A DNA stretch of 63,641 nucleotides, counting the filler, from Folioceros fuciformis (Eukaryota): assembly GCA_049999805.1 (NCBI GenBank). It is 6 parts of 6 records of this genome, joined end to end, with 100 filler letters (N's around TTAATTAATTAA, not from the genome) between each part and the next. Parts side by side here need not be neighbours in the genome. Positions count along the whole stretch, not along the records: positions 42,140 to 51,009 come from JBNGIO010001393.1; positions 51,110 to 63,641 come from JBNGIO010001394.1; 4 more parts are not named here. One strand, written 5' to 3'. Positions within the stretch are counted from its first letter, which is position 1, and each line of letters opens with the position of its first letter. Position numbers and translations under genes: made by a program. A model generated the notes under the pieces. That model did no database searches. It was not told the DNA's origin and worked only from the letters and a program-made list of their open reading frames with translations. Positions 50,158-60,200 of the stretch are shown piece after piece.

Positions 50158-51009
50158 CTACTTCTTCCGTTTTGAACTCGAGCCTTTCTTCTTATCGTCC
50201 TTCCCTCCCTTCTTACCCTTCCTTGCTTTCTTGGCTTTTTTCTGTGCACAGTAAAGAATGACGCATATACCTAGGTTAGTGAGTGAATAATATCCTAAAT
50301 AATAATTATACCGCATGCTTCTTTTTCAAGTTTCTTACCGCAGCCTTTTTGGCCTGCTCTTTCTTCCATGCTCGCCATTTCTTGTAGCATCGTTGGATTC
50401 TCCTTGCGGCAATATGTCGTGTTGCATGATACACTACTTTTATCTGTTTATTATAAATTTATCAAAATATTTAAAAGTTTTATTTTTGCTATATATTTAA
50501 ATTTTTATTCATTACGTGTGTGGTAGTACATAGATGTTTAATTTAATACCTCATATATTATGCTTGCTATTCTTGCTGCTTCCGTTTGTATAGCCTCCTA
50601 TAGCATTACATTACATAATTATATAAGGTTTCTTTTTTTCTTCTTGCCCATGAACTTAAGAATACAAATATAAATACAAATACTAAATTAAAAATGGATA
50701 ATGAGTTTCACCAATCTTGCAACTTCAGCAAAGTATGCAGTATATCTTCTAAGTTTTCTTTCAATTTCTGCATTTTCTTCCTACATCATCATATGACATT
50801 AAACATAAAATTAAAAAGAATATTTTTTATTTTTCATCATAAACAAAAAAAAACATTAAGAAAATAAAGTAACAAACTCACTATAACTTTGCGTAATTCT
50901 TCAGTTCTTTTGTGAATATCAGAATCATATTCATTTAACAGAGCTGTAACTTCTTCAACACTTTGTTCTTTCTTTCCCCTCAATGACATTTCCATGTCTC
51001 TGTTACTTC
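50158..51009 (-). CDS. DRC10: 3' part of flagellar dynein regulatory complex subunit DRC10/IQCD (IQ motif); exons 51009-50882 (cut by gap), 50780-50712, 50597-50550, 50443-50339, 50241-50158
   Basis: Four phase-0 GT-AG introns join five exons into SNRDMEMSLRGKKEQSVEEVTALLNEYDSDIHKRTEELRKVI|EENAEIERKLRRYTAYFAEVARL|EAIQTEAARIASIIYE|IKVVYHATRHIAARRIQRCYKKWRAWKKEQAKKAA|KKAKKARKGKKGGKDDKKKGSSSKRKK*. This is coiled coil + IQ + Lys-rich tail as in IQCD. Not in the ORF track. Confidence 0.72.
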
Positions 51010-51109
51010 NNNNNNNNNNNNNNNNNNNNNNNNNNNNNNNNNNNNNNNNNNNNTTAATTAATTAANNNNNNNNNNNNNNNNNNNNNNNNNNNNNNNNNNN
51101 NNNNNNNNN
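51010..51109. other. Artificial contig spacer
   Basis: 44N-TTAATTAATTAA-44N. Confidence 0.97.
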
Positions 51110-51879
51110 CGCCCCACTTGCACCACCCAGTCTCAGACTAAAAATGGGCTGGAGCCCATATCGGCCTGCGCCTCCAGTCCCGCGTAAAAAGTCATTTCCT
51201 GCTACTACCGCATGATATGTGGTGATGTAGCAGCAAATGCGCGCGCGTCCTCCTGCCCTTCACAGTCGCACCGTGCCAACACGTTTTCTTGCACCCCTTT
51301 CGCAATTTGACCTGGTCACGGGCATGTCACGGTTGATTGATTCAAAGCAACATGCAGACGTTTCTACCTGTGTGACATGCCCTCCCTTACCAACGGACCG
51401 GCTTGCGATGGAGGAACATTTTCATCAATTCATAATCCTGCCTTTCTGTGATTCAGGATCTTGCAAATCTCCCTTGCTGCTTTCCGTAGAAGCTGATGAT
51501 TCACTTCGCTACCTGCTTCGAAGGACATCTGCTATTTCGGCCAGCCGCTACAGCTTGAGAGGAGGATGAAAACCTTGTGAGCCGCAGCTAGCACCTGCTG
51601 AAGGAAGGTGTAGCAGATCGAGCAGCAAGAAAGGAAGCCATCGCACACGGTAGCATGGAAGCCAGGGTTAAATAGGATGAGGACAAAACATAGAGGACGG
51701 AATTCAACATCAATGCAGAGGCCTCTGCAAGAAAGCAAGTTTGCGGCCCTGAAGCAGTGAGCCTTTCCTGCCGGCTTCCCACCCGAAGAGGCCGATGAAG
51801 CCATCGCGTAGCGTTGCAGGAATGCTTTCGGCACTCGCAGGATAAAATTCTCCTCCGTGGCCGCTGAATCGGGAGAATC

Positions 51880-54800
51880 TCATTCGATTGTACGAGATCT
51901 ACTCCACGTACTCTTGTGTCTACACTTCGGAAAATACCTTCCTAAGCCTTGCTCGACTCCATGTTGCCAGCCAGAAACCAGAAAGCTGTACACCAGTCCG
52001 TCCAGATCTGTCCAACAGGTTTGACCTGGCTCTTTCCAAGCCCTCATTCTTATTCTCCTCGCCTGAATCTCCTGTGCTTGTTCCCACATTTGTGCACCCG
52101 TGAATATATTTGACATCAACACATAAGGTGCGGCATGTTTCTCGTCTACGTTCACTGCTTCACTGAACGCATGGCTTCCCACCTTGACGTTGCTCCACTT
52201 CTGACAAGCACCCAAGAGAGTGTGCCACACATCTGCGTTAGGCTGCACAGGCATTGCCCTTACCAAAGCCAAAGCCTCATCCAGTCGGCCAGCACGGCCT
52301 AGGAGATCTACCATGCAGGCGTAGTGCTCCACCGTGGGAGTGATGCTGTAACGTCTACTCATGCCCTCGAAGTAGTCTCTTCCCTTGTTTACCAGACCAG
52401 AATGGCTGCATACTTTCAACACACTGAGCAACGTGATGGCCGCTGGCTGTATACCATCCTCTCCCATCTTCTCGACCAAGTCAAACACTGCTTCGCTGTT
52501 TCCTTGACAGCTGTAGCCTGCAATCAGCGCGCTCCAGACGGCTACGTCCCTCTCGGACAACGAATCAAATACCTGCTGTGCATCAACCATGCTCCCGGAC
52601 TTCCCGTACATGTTTATCAAACTGCCGGCTACAAGCAAGTCAGATTGAAGCCCCTGTTCTTCAATTTGTGCATGCAACTGCCGTCCCAGATGCAAAGCTG
52701 CTACATTTGCACATGCCTGCAGGAGGCACACAAATGTGACAGAACTGGGAGCAGCCCTGCCTTCTTCTTGCATCGTCCTGTACAGCCGAAGGGCTTCATG
52801 ACCCATGCCCTGCTGGGAATAGGCAGAAATCAGGGCATTCCACGTCACCACAGACTTCGGACCAAGCCCATCAAACACCCTCTGAGCGTCCTCTACGCTG
52901 CCACACTTTGCATACATATTTATCAGACTGCTGATTACAAAAGTATCCCCTTGATATCCTCTTTCTCTAATCTCTGCATGGAGCTGTTTTCCTTTCTCTA
53001 AAGCAACGGTACCTAGGTTTGCACACGCCTGCAGAAGGCAGGCAAATGTCACACAATCAGGTACAATCTCGCTATCTTGTTGCATAGCACGGTAAAGAGA
53101 GAGGGCTTCCTCTCCCATGCCCTGCTGCGAATACCCTGCTATCATGGCATTCCACATGACCACATCCTTTCTAGCAAGTCCATCAAACACTTTCTGAGCA
53201 TCTTCTAGGCTCCCACACTTCGCGTACATGCTCACCAAACTACTGGCTACGAAGACATCCATTTCATATCCTTGTTCCCTTGCTTGTTCATGAAGCTGCT
53301 TCCCCTTCTCCAGAGTTGGGGTGCCCACACCTGCACATGCTTGCAGGAGGCACACAAATGTCACAGAATCTGGGACATCCATACCACTCTCTTGCATAAC
53401 ACTGTAGAGACGAAGGGCCTCCTGCCCCATGCCCTGCTGAGAATACCCTGCTATTAGAGCAGTCCACGTCACAACATCTTTCTGATCAAGTCCGTCAAAC
53501 ACGCTTTGAGCTTCTGCCAAGCTGCCACACTTTGCATACATGTTTACCAGAGTGTTCCCCATAAACACATCAACTTGGAGTCCCTGTTCTGTAATTTGTG
53601 CATGAAGCTGCTTTCCTGTCTCCAGTGCCAGGGCGCCAACAGATGCACACGCTCTCAGGAGGCTCACAAGCGTCATTGAATCCGGTACAGCTAAGCCCTC
53701 TTCCCGCATGTTTCTGTACAGATGAAGGGCTTCCTGGGCCCTGCCTCGATGGCAATATCCCGCAATTAAAGCAGTCCATGTCGCCACCTCCTTCTGACCA
53801 AGTCCATCAAACACTGTTTGTGCGTCTTCTAAGCTGCTGCTCTTTGCATACATATTTACCAAACTGGAGGCTATGTGCACATCATCTTGAAGTCCTTGTT
53901 CTCTGATCTCTGTATGAAGCTGCTTCCCCTTGTCCAATGCCAGGAAGCCCACACTTGCACATGCCTGCAGAAGGCAGGCAAATGTAACAGAATTGGGTAC
54001 AGCAGTACCCTCTTCTTGCATGGCACTATAGAGACGAAGGGCTTCCTGGCCCATGCCTTGATGAGAATATCCTGCAATAAGGGCAGTCCACGTTACCACG
54101 TCTTTTTGACCGAGTCCGTCAAACACTCTCTGAGCATCTTCAAGGCTGCCACATTTTGCATACATGTTGATGATGTTGTTGGCTACTACTAGATCAGCCT
54201 GATGTTCTTGCTCTCTGATCTGAGCATGAAGCTTCTTCCCTATCTCCAACGCTGTGACACCCACACTTGCACATGCCTGTAGGAGGCACATCCACGTAAC
54301 ACAATTGGGTACAGCGATGCCTTCCTTTTGCATGGCAGTGTAGAGCCGAAGGGCTTCCTGTCCCAAGCCCTGCTGGGTGTACCCCGCAATAAGAGCAGTC
54401 CATGTCACCACATCCTTTTGAGCAAGTCCGTCAAACACTGTCTGAGCATCTTCCAGGCTGCCACACTTTGCATACATGTTCACCAAACTACTGGCTATAA
54501 ACACATCAGCTTCATATCCTCTCTCTCTAATCTCTGCATGGAGCTGCTCCCCCTTCCTCAAAGCTGCGGTGCCCACAATCGCACATGCCTGCAGGAGACA
54601 CAAAAATGTGACGGAATTGGGTACAGCCAGGCCCTCCTCTTCCATAGCACTGTGGAGACGAAGGGCTTCCTGCCCCATCCCCCGTTGAGAGTACCCAGCC
54701 ATTAAAGCAGTCCATGTTACCACATCTTTCTGATGCAGCCCATCAAACACTCTTCGAGCGTCTTCCAAACTGCCACACTTGGCATACATGTCGACCAAGC

Positions 54801-55479
54801 CATTACAGACAAACAGATTAGGCTGCACTCCACTGGCCAGTACATCAGCATGCACCTGCTGCCCAGCTGTCAAGTCTGATCCCCTTGCGCAAGCCTGAAG
54901 GGCCGCCACAAATACGTGGTCATCTGGCTTCACACTTGACCTGCACATCTGCTGATAGAGTTGTATGGCCTGCCCGTCGTTGCCATGTTTAACGTGCGCA
55001 GAAATTATGGACGACCACATGAAAACATCTGGTTGGGTCAGAGTGAACACGTCCATCGCCTCTTGCAACCTGCCATGAGAAGCATACATTCGCAGGATGT
55101 GATTGCACAAGAACGTGTCCGACTCATAACCTTTTTTGACAGTGACAGCATGAATGCGGCGACCCAGGACAATATCCTTCGCCACTGCACATTTCTTCAG
55201 GATAGTGTACATAAGAGATTTAGGCACAGCAGAGTTCTGCTGCACCATGACACCTACGGCCTCCACGGCCTCAAGGACATGGCCCTGATCACATAGCTTG
55301 TTCACGGTTTCAGCGGTCACGCCACATTGCTGTCTAGAAAGCCTGCAAGAGGTGTTACAACACGTGTCCCCAGCTGGGATAACATTTCGGCGGGCCGCAT
55401 CTCTTGCGTAAGTGATGCACCTTGAGACCTGGTTGTTTGCCAAGTTCTGGCTTCTCGTTGTCAGGCCTCCTGCAGGCAT
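51880..55479 (-). CDS. PLS-class PPR protein (PPR2), 29 PPR motifs + E1/E2 + degenerate WW-type PG box, no deaminase
   Basis: Intronless ORF (open to 55602; first ATG 55479), same architecture as PPR1. C-terminus WKEPGQTCWTDLDGLVYSFLVS plus an unrelated tail. Start codon uncertain. Confidence 0.9.
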   Translation of the reverse strand: MPAGGLTTRSQNLANNQVSRCITYARDAARRNVIPAGDTCCNTSCRLSRQQCGVTAETVNKLCDQGHVLEAVEAVGVMVQQNSAVPKSLMYTILKKCAVAKDIVLGRRIHAVTVKKGYESDTFLCNHILRMYASHGRLQEAMDVFTLTQPDVFMWSSIISAHVKHGNDGQAIQLYQQMCRSSVKPDDHVFVAALQACARGSDLTAGQQVHADVLASGVQPNLFVCNGLVDMYAKCGSLEDARRVFDGLHQKDVVTWTALMAGYSQRGMGQEALRLHSAMEEEGLAVPNSVTFLCLLQACAIVGTAALRKGEQLHAEIRERGYEADVFIASSLVNMYAKCGSLEDAQTVFDGLAQKDVVTWTALIAGYTQQGLGQEALRLYTAMQKEGIAVPNCVTWMCLLQACASVGVTALEIGKKLHAQIREQEHQADLVVANNIINMYAKCGSLEDAQRVFDGLGQKDVVTWTALIAGYSHQGMGQEALRLYSAMQEEGTAVPNSVTFACLLQACASVGFLALDKGKQLHTEIREQGLQDDVHIASSLVNMYAKSSSLEDAQTVFDGLGQKEVATWTALIAGYCHRGRAQEALHLYRNMREEGLAVPDSMTLVSLLRACASVGALALETGKQLHAQITEQGLQVDVFMGNTLVNMYAKCGSLAEAQSVFDGLDQKDVVTWTALIAGYSQQGMGQEALRLYSVMQESGMDVPDSVTFVCLLQACAGVGTPTLEKGKQLHEQAREQGYEMDVFVASSLVSMYAKCGSLEDAQKVFDGLARKDVVMWNAMIAGYSQQGMGEEALSLYRAMQQDSEIVPDCVTFACLLQACANLGTVALEKGKQLHAEIRERGYQGDTFVISSLINMYAKCGSVEDAQRVFDGLGPKSVVTWNALISAYSQQGMGHEALRLYRTMQEEGRAAPSSVTFVCLLQACANVAALHLGRQLHAQIEEQGLQSDLLVAGSLINMYGKSGSMVDAQQVFDSLSERDVAVWSALIAGYSCQGNSEAVFDLVEKMGEDGIQPAAITLLSVLKVCSHSGLVNKGRDYFEGMSRRYSITPTVEHYACMVDLLGRAGRLDEALALVRAMPVQPNADVWHTLLGACQKWSNVKVGSHAFSEAVNVDEKHAAPYVLMSNIFTGAQMWEQAQEIQARRIRMRAWKEPGQTCWTDLDGLVYSFLVSGWQHGVEQGLGRYFPKCRHKSTWSRSRTIE

Positions 55480-55847
55480 GCGCAGATCTGGGAGTTCTGC
55501 ATCTGGGCAGGCAGCTACATGCGCAGATTCAAGAGCAAAAGCTTCAAGTCCTGGATCTCTTGGGTGGTGCGGGTCCAATGAATGGGGCACTAGCTTTGGC
55601 AAGGACCATGCTTGTATTGCCCAATGCTGTAGTTCGGCATACTCTTCCGGGCACCTTTCGCAAGTGGAGTGACGGGGAGGTGGGATGCCACTCGTTCAAT
55701 GATGCAATTATTCCGGGCATTTGTCGAAAGTGGAGTAACGTCGAGATGGCACGCCACTCGTTCAATGAAGCTGGACAAGAAGGATGCTGCAGAACATGTG
55801 TTGATGTCGAATATAGACACCATGGACAGACCTGGACGAACATGTGT

Positions 55848-56050
55848 TTAGTTTCTTTGTTTGGGATCAGCGTATCCCAATGGCTTCATTGTCGGGCATA
55901 GTTTCTTTGTTTGGGATCAGTGGTATCCCAATGGCATCATTGTCGGGCATAGTTTCTTTGTATGGGATCAGTGGTATCCCAATGGCTTCATTGTCGGGCA
56001 TAGTTTCTTTGTTTGGGATCAGTTGTATACCAATGGCTTCATTGTCGGGC
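55848..56050. repeat. 51-bp tandem repeat x4 derived from the PPR3 terminal codons (HSFFVWDQ)
   Basis: CATAGTTTCTTTGTTTGGGATCAGTGGTATCCCAATGGCTTCATTGTCGGG units. Confidence 0.9.
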
Positions 56051-56200
56051 AGACTGCAGGCATATGTGAATCATTGGCAGCTATATATAATGTGTTGTAT
56101 GCATAATATCTGCCCTTCATCCTGTGCATAATATCTTCCCTTCATCCCGTGCATAATATCTTCCCACATCCTGTACATATTCTCGTCCCTTCATCTCGGT

Positions 56201-56466
56201 TGCATGAGGCTTGCACCACCTTTCAGGCAACTGCACTAGGATCTTTCTGGCAACGACATGCATGAGACTTGCATCACCTTTCAGGCAACTACATGCATGA
56301 GGCTTGCACCACCTTTCAGGCAACTGCACTAGGACCTTTCTGGCAACTACATGCATGAGGCTTGCACCACCTTTCAGGCAACTGCACAAGGACCTTTCTG
56401 GCAACTACATGCATGAGGCTTGCACCACCTTTCAGGCAACTGCACGAGGACTTTTCTGGCAACTAC
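56201..56466. repeat. ~58-bp tandem repeat (4-5 copies)
   Basis: CATGCATGAGGCTTGCACCACCTTTCAGGCAACTGCACTAGGACCTTTCTGGCAACTA units. Confidence 0.85.
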
Positions 56467-56785
56467 ACTAGGTCCAGACCTGGTGGTGGTCGGCGCTCAG
56501 TGGTACTTGACCACCGTTATGTTCGAACTAACACGATTGTACTTCGAATTGGCCCACTAGGCCAATCAAGTTTGCTGCTCAAATTACCTAATTAGAGAAG
56601 CTTGTGACTATGTCCACTTCCCGGCCAAGTTCATCTATGTTAGACGCATTGAGCTTCAGTCGGCTGCCACTTATAGTTGGATGTCACTTGCATGCCGGGG
56701 CTACGGTTGTGCATGCCAGGGCTATGGTTGTCTGGATCGTGTTCGCAGGTCTTGTAGGAAGTCATTTCTTGCATAAGTGATGCAC

Positions 56786-56890
56786 CTTGAGAGCTGGTTA
56801 TTTGCCAAGTTCTGGCTTCACTTGAGACCTGGTTGTTTGCCAAGTTCTGGCTTCACTTGAGACCTGGTTGTTTGCCAAGTTCTGGCTTCA
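56786..56890. repeat. 35-bp tandem repeat x3 in the hairpin loop; a fourth copy lies at 55421-55454
   Basis: CTTGAGACCTGGTTGTTTGCCAAGTTCTGGCTTCA. Confidence 0.9.
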
Positions 56891-57283
56891 CCTGCTAACA
56901 CGCTCCAGACAACCATGGCCTCGGCCTGCAAGCGACAGCCACCTATAGGTAGCGGCCACCTGATGCTCAATGCATCTGTATGACCCAGATGAGCTTGGCC
57001 AGGAGGTGGACATAGCCACGAGCTTCAGTAATTGGAGCAGCAAACTTAATCGACCCAGCAGGCCAATTCAAACCCAATGCAACGCAACTGTGTTAGTTCG
57101 AACAGAAGGATGTCAGGTACCACCTAGCGCCGACCACCGCCGGGTCTAGGCCTAGTGCAGTTACCAGAAATGTCGTGCCAGCCTTATGCGACCGGGATGA
57201 AGGAAGATATTATGCATACAGCACAATCTGAACAGCTGCCAATGATTCACATATGCCTGCAGTCTGCCTGGACAATGAAGCCA

Positions 57284-60200
57284 TTAGCCATTGAGATACC
57301 GCTGATCCCAAACAAAGAAACTATGCACATGTCCGTCCATGTCTGTCCACCAAGTCCGACCCGGCTCCTTCCATGCCCCGATTCTTGTTCTCCTGGCCTG
57401 CATCGCCTCTGCATGCTCCCACATCTGGGCACCGGTGTATATATTCGACATCAACACATATGCTGCAGCATCCTTCTTGTCCAGCTTCACTGCTTCATTG
57501 AACGAGTGGCATCCCACCTCCACGTTACTCCACTTTCGACAAGAGGCTAGGAGAGTATGCCAAATTACAGCATTGGGCAATACAGGCATGGTCCTTGCCA
57601 AAGCTAGTGCCTCAGTCAATCGACCCGCACGACCCAGAAGATCCACCATGCATGTGTAGTGCTCCACGGTGGGACTGAGGCCATAGTCTCTGGTCATCGC
57701 CCTGAAGTACTCCGTCCCCTTTTTCACTAGACCTACATGACTGCATACTGTTAGTATACTAACAAATGTGAGACCGACTGGCTGTATCCTGTCCTTCTTC
57801 ATTCTCTGGATCAAATAAAAAACAGCTTCACTGTCCCCTTGGCAGCTGTAGCCAGAAATCAGCGCACTCCAGGTGGCAGCGTCTCTTTCATGTAACGCGT
57901 CAAATACCTGCTGTGCATCAATTATGCTCCCGCACTTTCCGTACATGTGTATCAAACTGCTAGCTACAAGCAGATCGACTTGAAGCTTTTGCTCTTGAAT
58001 CTGCGCATGCAGCTGCCTCCCCAGATGCAGAGCTCCCAGATCTGCACATGCCTGCAGGAGGCACACGAATGTCACGGAATCAGGTGCAATTTTGTCCTCT
58101 TCCTGCATGGACGTGTAAGCACGAAGGGCTTCTTGGCTCAGGCCCTGCTGGGAATATGCTGCAATCATGGCATTCCATGCCACAACATGTTTTGCGCCAA
58201 GCCCCTCAAACACCCGGCCAGCATCCTCGATGCTGCTACACTGCGCGTACATGTTCACCAAACTGCTGGCTAGAAACGCATCAACTTGGTATCCTCTTTC
58301 TCGAATATGGGCATGAAGCTCTTTTCCCTTCTCCGAAGCTGAGCAGCCCAAGCTCGAACATGCCTGCAGGACGCACACAAATGTTCTCGAATCTGGTATG
58401 GTCATGCCCTCGTCCTGCATGGCACTGTACATCCAAAGGGCTTCATGGCCCCTGCCTTGCTGCGAATATCCTGCTATGATGGCATTCCAGGTCCCCACAT
58501 CTTTCCTACTGAGTCCATCAAACATTCTTTGAGCATCTTCCAGATTGCCACACTTTGCGTACATGTTCACCAAACTGCTGGATACGAAGGTCTGAGCTTC
58601 ATGTCCATGCTCTCTGATTGCAGCATGAAGCAGCCTACCCTTGTTGAGTGCCAGGGGGCCTATCCTTGCACATGCCTGCAGGAGGGACACAAATGTCAGG
58701 GGATCTGGTACAGCCATCCATTCTTGCATCACATGGTAAAGACGAAGGGCTTCTTGACCCCTTCCCTTTTGAGAGTACCCTGCTATCATAGCATTCCATG
58801 TCACCACATCCTTTTCGACCAGTCCGTCAAACACACTCCGGGCATCCTCTAGGCTTCCACACTTTGCGTACATGTTTACCAAACTGTTAGCCACAGAGAT
58901 ATCAGCTTGGTATCCTGCTTTCCTTATTTGCGCATGAAGATGCTTGCCCTCAGCTAGAGCTGGGGCGCCTATACTTGCGCATGCCTGCAAGAGGCACACA
59001 AACGTCGCAGAATTGGGTGCAGCCATTCCTTCTTGCTGCATAACAGTGTAGAGGTCCAGCGCTTCCTGCCCCAGGCTCTGCTGCGAATACCCTGCTATCA
59101 TTGCATTCCATGTCACCACATCCTTGCAATCAAGGCCATCAAACACTCTCCGAGCGTCCTCAAGGCCACCACACTTGGCATACATGTTCATCAAACTGCT
59201 AGCAACAAACCCATCAGATTGATATCCTTGTTCTCTAATCTGTGCATGAAGCTGCTTCCCCATGTCCAGAGCTTGGGTGCCCATACTTGCACACGCCTGC
59301 AGGAGGCACACAAATGTCACTGAATCAGGGAAGCTGATGCCTTCTTCGAGCATCGCATTGTAGAGACAAAGCGCCTCCTGCCCCATGCCCCGCTGAGAAT
59401 ACCGTGTTATCATGGCATTCCACATCACCACATCTTTGTGACCAAGTCTGTCAAACACCTTTCGAGCAAGTTCCAAGCTGCCACACTTAGCATACATGTC
59501 TACCAAACTGTTGGCGAGCGACACATCAGCCTCAAGTTGATGCTCTTGAATTTGAACATGAAGCTGCTTTCCCTTGTCCAGGGCAGGGGTACCTACACTT
59601 GCACAGGCCTGCAGGAGGCACATGTATGTCACGGCATCTGGTACGACCATGCCATCTACTTGCATTGCACTGTAAAGACCAAGGGATTCCTGAGACATGC
59701 CCCGCTGGAAATATCCTGCAATTAGAGTAGTCCATGTTACTACATCTTTTCGACCAAGTCCATCAAACAGCTTTTGAGCATCTTCCAAGCTCCCACATTT
59801 TGCATACATGTTTACCAAGCTGTTGGCTACAAGCAGATCAGCCTCGTACCCTTGTTCTCTGATTCGTGTATGAAGCTCCTGTCCCTTCTCCAACGCCAGG
59901 CTGCCCATACTTGCACATGCCTGCAGGAGGCAAACATATGTCACCACATTGGGGGCAGTGAGGCCTTCTCTTAGCATATCACTGAGGAGACGAAGGGCTT
60001 CCACGGCCATGCCCTGCTGGACATATCCGGCTATCATCGCATTCCACGTCACCACATCCTTTTCCTCATGTCCATTGAACACTCTTTGAGCGTCCTCTAT
60101 GCTGCCACACTTTGCATACATGTCTACCAAACTGTTGGCTACAACGACATCGGCTTCATGTCCACTTCCTGTTATCTGCACATGAAGCTGCTTCCCCTTC

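Larger units (their letters stand above)
55465..56750 (+). pseudogene. Inverted, internally deleted duplicate of the PPR3 3' CDS and 3' flank (left arm of a long inverted repeat with 56890-58062)
   Basis: 55465-55550 is the reverse complement of 57977-58062 (82/86 identical by eye). It continues with S2/E1/E2/PG-box fragments and 3'-flank sequence matching the reverse complement of 57646 down to 56890. Confidence 0.9.

Noticed and set aside
55848-56890. Regularly spaced repeats resembling a CRISPR array
   Set aside because: Head-to-tail tandem units with no unique spacers, derived from local PPR sequence; eukaryotic context and no cas genes.
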